NCBI GenBank assembly: GCA_965197475.1
Contig: CBDANF010000003.1
Span: 1,184,001-1,248,000 of the forward strand
Direction of reading: 5' to 3'
Source: Candidatus Poribacteria bacterium
GTDB taxonomy: Bacteria > Poribacteria > WGA-4E > WGA-3G
DNA length: 64,000 nt
Part shown: piece by piece, positions 10,537-20,994 of the stretch
How the letters are laid out: each line of letters opens with the position of its first letter
Position numbering within the stretch: the first letter of the stretch is position 1
The notes under the pieces: model-generated
Told to the model about the DNA's origin: nothing
Database searches by the model: none
The model's input: the letters and a program-made list of their open reading frames with translations, nothing else
Position numbers and translations under genes: made by a program

Positions 10537-13500
10537 TTAGTTCTGCTTTTTTAGGTTGCCCCATTGCGTAATATATTTTTCACTTGCAGACACATGTCCA
10601 CGGGTTCGAACCGTAGCTAACTGATTTCGGAATCCTGAAAAAGAGATGTCCTCTATACGGTAATAGTAGGCGACATCCGGTTTAGCGGTTGTATCTGTCC
10701 ACGTATACGTGTTCTGTTCACCGGTTGTGCTGGCACCTTGAATTATCCGTGAATTTACCTGTCTGAACGCACCATCACGCGACTCGCTGCGACGGATATT
10801 AAACCCCGCATTGTCAAGTTCTGATTCTGTTGTCCATTTCAGAACAACCCCTGACTTCGCACGTTCCGCACGGAAACGAGACAACGTCACAGGGAGTGCA
10901 CCCCCGCCCCTATATCCAGGATTTCCGATGTCTGTTGTGCTACCCCAATACTTGCTGACTAACAACTCAAAATCTGCAGTACGCCGCCAACTGTTTAATG
11001 CAGTGCCGTCAAGTGGCGCGCCTGTCTCAATGTCATATCGTCGCATCAACGATGTTCGCATACCATCTTCTGTCATTCCAGAGGACAACTCCCACGCAAG
11101 TTCATCTTCTGTCGAAGGATCACCATCAAGGTTTCCAACAACGTCGCTGACAACACCGTTCGGATCCGACAATTTCAAGAAGAAACCGTCCAAACCGAGT
11201 ACCATGTTCCGGTGTTCGTTCTGTTCAAACTCATCGTTGTGACGATTGAAGAAGTTATAGACACGATCTTCTGGAAAACTCTCAGAATTCCGACCGTTCC
11301 ACGTCACAATAAGTGCTGTCTGGTTTGCTGGTATGTGTAGTTCCTCAAGTGTGATCGTTGCATGTCGATGCGCGCCAGTGACATCGCGCGCCTCTATTTG
11401 GAGTTGCCAACCGTTGAGATTCGCTGCCTGTGTATCGGAGTTATTGAACAGCTCAATCCACTGTGGTAGCGAACGAAGTCCGCCGCGAGAGGCGTACATC
11501 AACTCACTGAAACCGATCTGACCGGGGGCAGAAAGTGTACTGAGGGGTGTGGTAGGTTCCACTTGAGGTGAAGGGTCCAAAGTAGTTTCTTCCTCTGTTA
11601 TTTGCTGTTGGTTTTCAGTTTCGGCAGTGACCTCCTCTGTTGTTTGCTGTTGGTTTTCAGTTTCGGCAGTGACTTCAATGGTAACCGTGATACTATCAGT
11701 ACCTCCGTTGTCATCGGATACTGATACCTCAACTTGATATGAGTTTTTAGTCTCATAGTCAAGTGCATCAGAGGTAATCAACTGTCCAGTGCTGCTGTTG
11801 ATGCTAAAGGATCCTGCATCGGTGCCACTGAGTGTATATTCCAAAGTATCACCGCTATCGCCATCCGTTGCAGACACAGGCAAACCGATATTTGTGCCTG
11901 ACGTTGTGTTCTCTTGAATGGAGCGCGTCGTGCTGGGACCATCATCAAATGTTGGCGCACTGTTAGTAACATCGTCCTGATCAGTTGATGGAACAATAAC
12001 TTGTTGTTCTGAAACTGGATCCATTGACGGAACTATGACTTGTTGCTGGCTTGTAAGATCGTCGCTTGTGTCGTTAGTGATGTTGATAGTGACAGTGATA
12101 GAGTCTGTTCCCCCTCTTCCATCTGAAACAGTGACCGTTACTTCATAGGAGTCCTTAGTTTCGTAGTCCAAGGAAGCACTTGTCTGCAACTGACCTGTGT
12201 TACTATTGATGCTAAATGACCCGGCATTAGTACCACTGAGACTGTAGGTTAAGGTGTCGCTGCTATCTTTATCCGTTGCCGATATAGCGGATCCGATGTT
12301 TCTGCCTGAGGGGGTGTTTTCTTGGATGGAACGCGCTGCGCTGTCACCGTCAGTGAACACTGGTGGATTGTTAGACGTATCATCGCTTGTGTCGTTTGTG
12401 ATATTGATAGTAACATCAATCGTATCCGTACCGAAACCGTCATCAACTTTGACTGTTAGCGTATAAGAGCTTGTTGCTTCATAGTCCAACACGGAAGTGG
12501 TTTTTATGGTTCCGCTTCGCTGACTGCTCTCAATCGTAAACGGTACGTTCTCAGTCTCAATACTGTAGGTATGGTCCCCCGCGAATACGTCAGCATCACT
12601 TGCTGACACTGTGCCAACCGTGGTGTCTGAGGGTTCGTTTTCATTAATAGTAAGGGTCTGGCTATCTTCCGAGAACACTGGCGCATTGTCGTTTTCGTCT
12701 TTGATTAAGACCTGATACGCGAACCTAGCACTGCCACCGTTGCCATCTTCAACTTTGATCCATACTGGTTGGTATTTAAGTGGAGGCACTTTTGAAAAAA
12801 CTGGATATGTATCATAATCTAATCCACTACTACCGATATGGACCTCACCCGTTTCAGAATTAATCGTGTAGAAATCGATATAACTCTGCTTATGACCAGG
12901 CATTAGACTATAATAATTAGAATCAGCATCCAGACTATAAGTTAACGTGTCATCTTCATCCTCATCAACTGCTTTTACACTTCCTATGAGATAATTCGAT
13001 AGGTTTTCTGAAACGTACACGTCAGTAGCAATAATAGGTTCACCATTCTCATTAACAAACGTCGGCGGGTTGTTAGGAATAGGATCGTCAACTGAACCCG
13101 TGTGGTAAGTAACGAGTGTCACATCGTCGGCATCAACTGTGTCATCCCAATTGACATCAGTGCGAGAGTTAACGATAGTCTCTCCGGTTTGTCCTAATGC
13201 ATCGGTTACAAGTGCCAAATCCGTTGCATCCACGCTGCCATCCTCATTGACATCCCAGGGTGGGTATTCAGTGAGAGTAATCGTGACAGTAACTGTTTTT
13301 GATTCAGCCGCAGCGTTTGAATTGCCTGAGCCATCGGTAGCAGCATCTGCAGCGACGCTAAAAGTCACTGTGCCACTCTGTGTCACCTCAACCTTAGCCC
13401 TATATTGAGTCACCGTATTATTACCACTCCATCCCATTAAAACTTCCGAACTGGTCACATTCGCTCCTGCAGTGTTTTCTGTGAGTGTGAGGTCTGTCTC

Positions 13501-14442
13501 CGCGAGACCTGATACTTCCTCATCAAAAACAATTGCTACAATAAAAGAGTTATCAAATTCGACACCTGGCGGTCTGGTAAAACTTGCTACATTCGAATCC
13601 GAGTTTATCGGTCTATCATTTTCAGGTATGACGGCACTTACGACACCAGTTACCGAATCCAGCTCCAGAACCCAATTTTCATTCTGTCGGATGAATGTTC
13701 GAATCACAGCCACAGGCGATTTATCATCTGTGATGGTAACAGAGATGGTATCGGTTCCACCTTTGCCATCAAAGACAGTGACGGTCACGGAATACGAGGT
13801 TTTGTCTTCATAATGAAGGAAATCCTTATTGCTCAGCTGTCCATTTGTGCTATCAATTTCAAACAACGCCGCATCGGTTCCACTAACGGTGTATGTCAAT
13901 ATGTCACCATCGTCATCCGTTGCTGACACAGGGTCGCCGAGGTCCTGCAAGGGATATGTGCCCTTATCTACAGATCGAGTGGTGGTACTACCCTCATCAA
14001 ACACTGGTGGATTGTTAGGGGTATCATCGCTTGGGTCGTTCGTGATGTTGATAGTAACAGAAATTGAGTCTGATTCGCCATTTTCATCTGAGACTGAAAC
14101 CGTATAATGATAACTCGTCTGTGTTTCATAGTCCAATGTTACCGTGTTCTTTAGCACTGCTACAGATTGATTAGTCTCAGTCCTAATACTATCAATCGTA
14201 AAGTCGCCAGGACGCGCCCAAGGGTTTCCAGTCTTGACGAAACCCACGATGTCGTTATCTGGATCTGTCACAGGTAGCCGAACAACTTCTGTGTTTATTG
14301 CTGTATTTTCGGCAACTGAAACAGTCTTGGAGTCGCCATCATCGAAGGTTGGTGCTGCAGCATAACTAATGCCTTGATAGATTAGTAGAATTGTGGCGAA
14401 AATCAACACTGCAATTTTTCGATTGATATTTTTCATATTCAT
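10537..14442 (-). CDS. Large secreted cadherin-repeat protein with dockerin/EF-hand-like segment, lamin-tail-like domain and C-terminal W-motif
   Basis: Repeated N-x-P-x-F...ATD.D...LDYE cadherin motifs; WDVNEDGSVDATDL; FSELMY...QWIELFN; LPVTLSRF; ends EKYITQWGNLKKQN. Confidence 0.88.
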   Translation of the reverse strand: MNMKNINRKIAVLIFATILLIYQGISYAAAPTFDDGDSKTVSVAENTAINTEVVRLPVTDPDNDIVGFVKTGNPWARPGDFTIDSIRTETNQSVAVLKNTVTLDYETQTSYHYTVSVSDENGESDSISVTINITNDPSDDTPNNPPVFDEGSTTTRSVDKGTYPLQDLGDPVSATDDDGDILTYTVSGTDAALFEIDSTNGQLSNKDFLHYEDKTSYSVTVTVFDGKGGTDTISVTITDDKSPVAVIRTFIRQNENWVLELDSVTGVVSAVIPENDRPINSDSNVASFTRPPGVEFDNSFIVAIVFDEEVSGLAETDLTLTENTAGANVTSSEVLMGWSGNNTVTQYRAKVEVTQSGTVTFSVAADAATDGSGNSNAAAESKTVTVTITLTEYPPWDVNEDGSVDATDLALVTDALGQTGETIVNSRTDVNWDDTVDADDVTLVTYHTGSVDDPIPNNPPTFVNENGEPIIATDVYVSENLSNYLIGSVKAVDEDEDDTLTYSLDADSNYYSLMPGHKQSYIDFYTINSETGEVHIGSSGLDYDTYPVFSKVPPLKYQPVWIKVEDGNGGSARFAYQVLIKDENDNAPVFSEDSQTLTINENEPSDTTVGTVSASDADVFAGDHTYSIETENVPFTIESSQRSGTIKTTSVLDYEATSSYTLTVKVDDGFGTDTIDVTINITNDTSDDTSNNPPVFTDGDSAARSIQENTPSGRNIGSAISATDKDSSDTLTYSLSGTNAGSFSINSNTGQLQTSASLDYETKDSYEVTVTVSDGRGGTDSITVTINITNDTSDDLTSQQQVIVPSMDPVSEQQVIVPSTDQDDVTNSAPTFDDGPSTTRSIQENTTSGTNIGLPVSATDGDSGDTLEYTLSGTDAGSFSINSSTGQLITSDALDYETKNSYQVEVSVSDDNGGTDSITVTIEVTAETENQQQTTEEVTAETENQQQITEEETTLDPSPQVEPTTPLSTLSAPGQIGFSELMYASRGGLRSLPQWIELFNNSDTQAANLNGWQLQIEARDVTGAHRHATITLEELHIPANQTALIVTWNGRNSESFPEDRVYNFFNRHNDEFEQNEHRNMVLGLDGFFLKLSDPNGVVSDVVGNLDGDPSTEDELAWELSSGMTEDGMRTSLMRRYDIETGAPLDGTALNSWRRTADFELLVSKYWGSTTDIGNPGYRGGGALPVTLSRFRAERAKSGVVLKWTTESELDNAGFNIRRSESRDGAFRQVNSRIIQGASTTGEQNTYTWTDTTAKPDVAYYYRIEDISFSGFRNQLATVRTRGHVSASEKYITQWGNLKKQN

Positions 14443-14924
14443 TATCCCTTCTTAGTTTTAAAAGATATAGACATAAATTTTGATGTATTTGTACACAGTG
14501 ATATAATAATTTATAGGTGTATTTCAAATTTAGACTGTATCAAAATAACACCAGGGGTTGTGTATACATATTGTGACAGTCTACAAGGAGGGTTGACAAG
14601 CATATCTGTCAACGAAAAAGAAGAATTTTTCAGGCAACTCGTCCCTATAGGGAGCTGGTTTCCACTTAAAACTAACAGAAAGCGTGACTTTCTGCTATAA
14701 TAGAAACCAGTGCTGTCATATTCCAGTTATGGCAGTGCTAAGCGTCGCTTGGTGTTGCTGCACCGGCGACGCACCTAAAAGATTAGGTAGCAGCCCTAAC
14801 GTAACCCACGCGCTCTTCGTGAATTTCTAACGTCACATATATTGTAGCAATTATACAAAATTTGTGCAATAAAAAAATGAATCAGGCTCCAAATCAGCAT
14901 ATTTAGCATAACTCAACGCCAAAA

Positions 14925-15613
14925 ATGCGTAAATCAGTAGGACAATTCCGCAAAAAATGCTATAGTGATGAGGTTTTCATCGTAGAGAGTTTTCCAATCC
15001 CGGTTTGCGATTTCAAACGTGCGCCTGCTTGGACATCACCTCTAAAATGTGCTGATTGCACCGGCACCTTGGCAACTTATGGGAAGTGTGCGACAAAAAG
15101 AACTTGACACTTTCTTAGGATTTCGTGGGAGTGTGATAACCACCGCTTACGGGCTCCCTGTTGATTTTGCCATAGCAACTGCAGATACCGATGATAGAGA
15201 AGTGCTACCCTTGTTATGTGAATGCGGCACTTATCCTGTTATTCTCGGAGACAAAGGTTATATTTCCAAGGAACTTGAGGTTGATTTACTGAAGATGGAC
15301 AATGTGTGTCTATTATCAACGCGGCGTTCGAACCAGAATGCACAATATCCACCAAAGTTTCGTAAATTAAGACGACGGATTGAAACAACGATAAGTCAAC
15401 TCACTCATCAGTTCAATGTTTCACGGATACGCGCACGGTATCATTGAGGATTTCGGACACCCTTGAGCAACAAGTTTGCTGGTTGGACACTCGGTGTTTT
15501 TTTGAACAAATGTTTAGGACACAAGTTGATGGCACTCAAAGACGTTGTTTGCGCATAAATAAATCTAACTGTAGTATAAGAATATTACAAAAAGTTAACT
15601 GGCACAAGTCGTT
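14925..15613 (+). mobile_element. IS982-family transposase pseudogene with right end
   Basis: FIVESFPIPVC, LGDKGYIS, RRRIETTISQL split by a frameshift and TGA; end-like aactggcacaagtcgt at about 15598-15613. Confidence 0.8.
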
Positions 15614-15669
15614 TTTATAACACAAAAATACATGTTTTCAGCATTCTCTACCCAATCTACAAAACATGT

Positions 15670-15828
15670 TATAGTAAAATCTGTAATTATCTGGACACTG
15701 CTGTAGCGTCCACTTTCAGTTTGCGCAAGGACGACACAAACTAAAAGTTTGTGCTACAAAATATGCGGTAGGAACTGTTTCCCAACTGGACCGATAACAA
15801 TGTCCAAGTAATTCTAAAATCTACTATA
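15670..15828. mobile_element. MITE with imperfect TIRs containing REP palindromes
   Basis: tatagtaaaatctgtaattatctggaca ... tgtccaagtaattctaaaatctactata. Confidence 0.65.
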
Positions 15829-15850
15829 ATAGACAACATTAAGGTGAAAA

Positions 15851-16375
15851 ATGAATATATATTGGAAATTAATGGTAGTGATACTACTAATCACAGTAAA
15901 TTCTATTATTGTCGGATGTGCACAGAAAAGCACTGAGGTACAGTCTTCCTATGAGATAATTCATGGTAATACACAAGTCACCACGAAAACTACTGTACTT
16001 CCGAGTCAAAAGAGCGGATCAGAAAAGAAAAAAGTTCTAACGCTAAGTCCTAATGCATCTTTAAGATGGCTGAAAGAACGCGGTTATCGTATTAGTAGAA
16101 GGGGTACAACATACGAAATTACGTGGAATAATGGTTCTTCAAGATATTTTTCATCAAGAGGTGGTAAAATACAATCTCCGGGAAAGAAAATAGACTGGGA
16201 TGAGTTGTTTACACGGTATGAAACAGGTACTACTTCCGCATATACCACGCAAGATGTGAGAGTGTTAAGGAAGGACCCTAACTTTATTATTACAATTGAT
16301 CATGTTGGTACACTCCGTGTTCACTTTCATGAACAAACTAAAGAAGTGGATAATTCAGATCCTATTTTGGATTGA
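15851..16375 (+). CDS. Hypothetical lipoprotein
   Basis: Hydrophobic leader ending IVGC lipobox; RBS AAGGTG. Confidence 0.7.
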   Translation: MNIYWKLMVVILLITVNSIIVGCAQKSTEVQSSYEIIHGNTQVTTKTTVLPSQKSGSEKKKVLTLSPNASLRWLKERGYRISRRGTTYEITWNNGSSRYFSSRGGKIQSPGKKIDWDELFTRYETGTTSAYTTQDVRVLRKDPNFIITIDHVGTLRVHFHEQTKEVDNSDPILD

Positions 16376-16592
16376 GCGGAGTGAAACATAAGACTAATGG
16401 CTCTGCACTCCTATGCATTTTCCATTGACAAGCTCCTCTAAAAATGATAAACTGTAACTGAAATTTTGGTTGAATACTCACCGTAACTTGGTAATCTCAA
16501 ACAGAAACGAATCGCCCGGCCGCATATAGAATTAAAGATATAACAGAGGTCTATCAATGGTGGTCCTCTGGCTAAGGAGTTATACAAAGTCA

Positions 16593-17897
16593 ATGAAACA
16601 TTTTACATGCCTATTCATAACATTTTTTGCCATAGTATCTATACAGGGGCAATTTGCTACCGCCGATGATTGGTCTCAGTGGCGTGGTCAAAACCGCGAT
16701 GGCGTTTGGAACGAAACCGGAATTATTGAAAAATTTGATGCACCAGAAATTCCTATTCGCTGGAGCGTTCCTATCGGAAGCGGATACAGTGGACCGAGCG
16801 TCGCAGATGGAAGGGTCTACATCACCGATAGACTCACCAAACCGAAACAAGTTGAACGCGTTCACTGCTTTGATTGGGAAACAGGAGACGAAATCTGGTC
16901 TTACACCTACGATTGCGTATATAGAATCGAATATCCTGTGGGTCCGCGTGCAAATGTTACAATACACGATGGGCTCGCTTATGCTTTAGGTGCAATGGGA
17001 CATCTGCACTGTTTCGATGCTGCTACCGGTGAAATCAAATGGAAGAAAGATCTCAATTCAGAGTATGATATTAACATGCCTATTTGGGGAATAGCATGTG
17101 CCCCTATCGTTGAAAAAGACTTCGTCATCGTTCAAATCGGTGGGAAGCCGGACGCTTGTATTGTAGCGTTTGACAGGAAAACAGGAACGGAAAAATGGAA
17201 AGCATTGGACGATAACGCCTCTTATTCTGCACCCATTGTTATCACACAAGCAGGGAAACGAGTCTTAATCTGCTGGACAGGTGCTAACATCGCTGCTCTT
17301 GATCCACAAACAGGCGCAGTACACTGGAAATATCCATTTCCACCAACACGATGGGAGATAGGGATTGCAACCCCTATCATCAACCAGAATCAGTTATTTG
17401 TCACCAGTTTCTATGAAGGGGCAATGCTCCTGAAGTTATCACAAGATAAGGTAGATGCAGAACTTGGGTGGCATCGACAAGGAAAAGATGAGAAAAATAC
17501 TGATGCGATTCAAACGACGATGTCAACACCAATTTGGCAGGGAGATTATATTTACGGTGTAGACAGTTATGGTGAAGTTCGATGTCTTGATGCAAGTAAC
17601 GGTGATCGGATATGGGAGGATCTCACTGCTGTACCTGTTGCGCGCTGGAGTACTATCCATTTTGTTAAAAACGCTGACAAAGTCTGGATGTTCAATGAAC
17701 GTGGCGAACTTCTCATCACGAAACTCTCTCCCGAAGGGTTGAACATCATCAGTCGTGCCAAATTAATTGAACCTACACGCGACCAACTGAACCGTAGAGG
17801 TGGCGTCACATGGGCACATCCAGCATTCGCATATAAACACGTCTTTGCACGGAATGACAAAGAACTTGTTTGTGCAAGCTTAGAAAAAACTAAATAA
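16593..17897 (+). CDS. PQQ-like (BamB-type) beta-propeller protein
   Basis: DWSQWRGQNRDG, GYSGPSVADGRVY, TWAHPAFA; start moved to ATG 16593 after AAGGAG. Confidence 0.85.
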   Translation: MKHFTCLFITFFAIVSIQGQFATADDWSQWRGQNRDGVWNETGIIEKFDAPEIPIRWSVPIGSGYSGPSVADGRVYITDRLTKPKQVERVHCFDWETGDEIWSYTYDCVYRIEYPVGPRANVTIHDGLAYALGAMGHLHCFDAATGEIKWKKDLNSEYDINMPIWGIACAPIVEKDFVIVQIGGKPDACIVAFDRKTGTEKWKALDDNASYSAPIVITQAGKRVLICWTGANIAALDPQTGAVHWKYPFPPTRWEIGIATPIINQNQLFVTSFYEGAMLLKLSQDKVDAELGWHRQGKDEKNTDAIQTTMSTPIWQGDYIYGVDSYGEVRCLDASNGDRIWEDLTAVPVARWSTIHFVKNADKVWMFNERGELLITKLSPEGLNIISRAKLIEPTRDQLNRRGGVTWAHPAFAYKHVFARNDKELVCASLEKTK

Positions 17898-17922
17898 TAG
17901 CATAAAATACTGGAGGCAAAAA

Positions 17923-20900
17923 ATGGATTCAAAACTTGCAGTTGGTAGAGGCGGGTCCCCGCACCCGCCCATTGATCTGCATCAGGGACAACAACTTCAC
18001 GGATTTGAGGTAAAAGCCATCACTCCGATTGAGGAATTGCGGGCAGTAGCAATAGAACTTTTGCATCTACGTAGCGGCGCACGGTTGTTGCATCTCTATA
18101 CAGACGACCCCAGAAACTTGTTTTCGATCAGTCCATTAACGCCAGCATCAGATGATACAGGATTACCGCATATCCTTGAACATTCCGTAATGGCAGGATC
18201 TCGTAACTATCCGGTAAAAGGAGGGTTCAATGAGATAATGAAAATGAGCCTCGCTACTTATGACAGTACGAATGCCATGAACTACGTTGATCACGCCTTT
18301 TACTATACCTCAAACAATGTCAAAAAAGACCTATTTAATCTTGCAGAAATCCACTTTGATTCAGTTTTTCATCCGCTACTGACAGAGGAAACTTTCAAAC
18401 GTGAAGGACACCATCTTGAACCTACTGATCCAGATCAGCCTACCGAAGACCTAAAAATAAATGGGATCGTCTACAATGAAGTCAAAATTGGCTTGTCCGA
18501 TCCAGGATACTGCTTATATTCTACCGTAAACGGTAATCTTCTGCCTGATACCTGCTATGCCTGCAATAGTGGTGGAAATCCACTGGTTATGCCTGACTTA
18601 ACCTACAAACAATTAAAAACCTATCACCAAACCTACTATCATCCGCGCAACAGTTACTTCTTCTTCTACGGCAATATTCCAACAAGCGATTATCTCTTAT
18701 TTCTCGCTGATAAATTGTTGGCAATTTCAAAGACAGAAACAAATGGGTTTCTACACCCTCTCCGACCAGCAATAACACACCAACCGAAGTGGGAATCCCC
18801 AAGGATTGTGAAGGATACTTATCCAATTGATCCAGATGAACCACTCACTGAAAAGACGTATCTGATGCTGAGTTGGCTCATTGGAGATACGACAAATCCC
18901 GAAGATGCTGTTTTGTGTCGCATTTTAAATCTAATTCTGTTTGGCAATGAAGGAGCACCTTTCCGCAAGGCGATCATCGATTCAAAACTTGGAACTGATA
19001 TACGATATAATATCTTAGATGGTATAACAGGACCAAATAGAACATTTAGTGTCGGTTTGGTTGGAAGTGAAGCAGATCGCGTTGAGACTTTCACAGAATT
19101 GGTCATTAATACACTCACTCAAATTGCAGACGCAAAAATTGACCGAGAGAAGGTAGAAACCGCATTCCAACAAATCACCTATGACTATCAGGAAGTAACA
19201 CCAAATTTCCCGTTTCAAATGATGAAACGTGTCGTAAACACATGGATATATGAAAAGGAGCCGACCCTCTTTTTAAAGATGGGGAAGCATCTATCTGTTA
19301 TCCGCCAACGTTGGGAGAAAAATCCGGGCATCTTCAATGAATTGATTCGCGAGCGACTCCTTGACAACCCACATCAGTTGACGACCATCCTCTCCCCTGA
19401 CCCAGATATGCAGGCAAGGCTTGATGCGAATGAAAATGCACGTCTAAAAGCAATCCGCTCGGAACTTACAGATGAGCAAATGACACAGATTGCTGCCGAT
19501 GCCGCTGAATTGGAACGCCTTAGTGGACAACCCAACTCACCTGAGGATTTGGCAAAGTTACCGCAGCTGCACGTCTCTGACCTTCCCGCACAACCACTGC
19601 ATATTCGGACAACTGTTGAAACGGTTAGCGGACGTCCGCTGCTCCAGAACAACATTCTTTCAAACGGTGTGAACTACCTCGTGTTAAATTTCGACTTGCA
19701 AGGGTTACCGCAACACCTTTGGCAATATCTACCCAGATACACTGATGCCATTGGCAAACTCGGCGCGGGCAAGATGAATTACGAACAGATGGCACAGCGC
19801 AGAGCAGCAGCCACCGGTGGCATTGGATGCTCGCCAAACTTTACCACCCACGCGCTTGATCCGTGTCGCTCAGTATGGGATCTGCAATTTCGACTCAAAG
19901 CACTTGACGGTAAAATTGAGGCTGCCTTGAGTGTTTTACACGATTTAATTTTCGCTGTAAACCCGCGCGATAAAGATCGTCTCTACGACGTTCTGAATCA
20001 AGCAGTAGCTTCTAAACATGATTATTACGGTGCATCTGTTGCAAACCGTCGTGCTGCCCGCGGACTTTCACAACGGGGATTTCTCACAGATATCGTCTAC
20101 GGACTACCACGACTCCGCACGAGTGAAATGTTGCTCAACCGTTTTGACGAATCTTATGAAGAACTCACCGGTTATATTGAACAGATTCGTGAGTTCCTAT
20201 TAGTCCAAGGTCGCGTAACCGCCAGTTTTACCGGTTCTGATACAGCTTTTGAGCTGTTTCGAGGACAGTTCTCCGAATGGATCGACGACATGCGTGACGA
20301 ACCGATAATCCCAGCACCGATAGGTTTTAAATCTTTTGGGACGCCACCACGTGAAGGATTGGCGGCTCCTATTCCAATAGCACACTGTACACAGATGATG
20401 CCAGCACCACACTACGCACATCCGGATTCAGGACTCTTAACTATCGGATCGCATATATTAGAAAATGATTACATGTTGCCCGAAATCCGGCTCAAAGGCA
20501 ATGCCTACGGTTTTTGTTTCTCATATAACCCATTTGAACCCATGCTGTACCAAGGATCACAGTTTGATCCGCACGTTGCTCGTACGCTCAACGTGTTCGC
20601 ACAGACAGCTAACTATGTTAAACAGACAGAGTGGATACAGGCTGATATTGACCGGGCGATTATTGCTAAATCGTCAGATTACCTAAAAACAATTCGACCC
20701 AGTCAAGCCTCAACTGATGCCATCTGGCATTATATTAAGGGGCAAACACACGAAGTGGTTGAAGAAAAATATGCACAACTCCGACGCGCAACCCCCAAAG
20801 AAGTGAAACGTGCACTACTCGAAACTTTGGAGGAAAACAGGGATAATGCCTCTATTTGCGTCATCGCAAGTCGTGAGAAATTAGAAGTCGAAAATCAGAA

Positions 20901-20934
20901 AATGGATCATCCCCTTTCAATTGAAGACATATAA
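17923..20934 (+). CDS. M16C (presequence protease/insulinase family) peptidase, divergent copy
   Basis: HILEH inverted zinc motif, GIVYNE, EIRLKGNAYG. Confidence 0.9.
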   Translation: MDSKLAVGRGGSPHPPIDLHQGQQLHGFEVKAITPIEELRAVAIELLHLRSGARLLHLYTDDPRNLFSISPLTPASDDTGLPHILEHSVMAGSRNYPVKGGFNEIMKMSLATYDSTNAMNYVDHAFYYTSNNVKKDLFNLAEIHFDSVFHPLLTEETFKREGHHLEPTDPDQPTEDLKINGIVYNEVKIGLSDPGYCLYSTVNGNLLPDTCYACNSGGNPLVMPDLTYKQLKTYHQTYYHPRNSYFFFYGNIPTSDYLLFLADKLLAISKTETNGFLHPLRPAITHQPKWESPRIVKDTYPIDPDEPLTEKTYLMLSWLIGDTTNPEDAVLCRILNLILFGNEGAPFRKAIIDSKLGTDIRYNILDGITGPNRTFSVGLVGSEADRVETFTELVINTLTQIADAKIDREKVETAFQQITYDYQEVTPNFPFQMMKRVVNTWIYEKEPTLFLKMGKHLSVIRQRWEKNPGIFNELIRERLLDNPHQLTTILSPDPDMQARLDANENARLKAIRSELTDEQMTQIAADAAELERLSGQPNSPEDLAKLPQLHVSDLPAQPLHIRTTVETVSGRPLLQNNILSNGVNYLVLNFDLQGLPQHLWQYLPRYTDAIGKLGAGKMNYEQMAQRRAAATGGIGCSPNFTTHALDPCRSVWDLQFRLKALDGKIEAALSVLHDLIFAVNPRDKDRLYDVLNQAVASKHDYYGASVANRRAARGLSQRGFLTDIVYGLPRLRTSEMLLNRFDESYEELTGYIEQIREFLLVQGRVTASFTGSDTAFELFRGQFSEWIDDMRDEPIIPAPIGFKSFGTPPREGLAAPIPIAHCTQMMPAPHYAHPDSGLLTIGSHILENDYMLPEIRLKGNAYGFCFSYNPFEPMLYQGSQFDPHVARTLNVFAQTANYVKQTEWIQADIDRAIIAKSSDYLKTIRPSQASTDAIWHYIKGQTHEVVEEKYAQLRRATPKEVKRALLETLEENRDNASICVIASREKLEVENQKMDHPLSIEDI

Positions 20935-20994
20935 CGTAAACTTGTGGACCATATTTTTAGTAAAATGTAAAATCTAATAAAAAATGGAGGCAAA

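Noticed and set aside
15445-15447. In-frame TGA in the IS982 remnant as selenocysteine
   Set aside because: Degenerate transposase with other lesions; no redox motif.
17923-17970. M16C N-terminus (MDSKLAVGRGGSP) resembling the DegT N-terminus (MSERLAVDGGTP)
   Set aside because: Too short to distinguish from chance.
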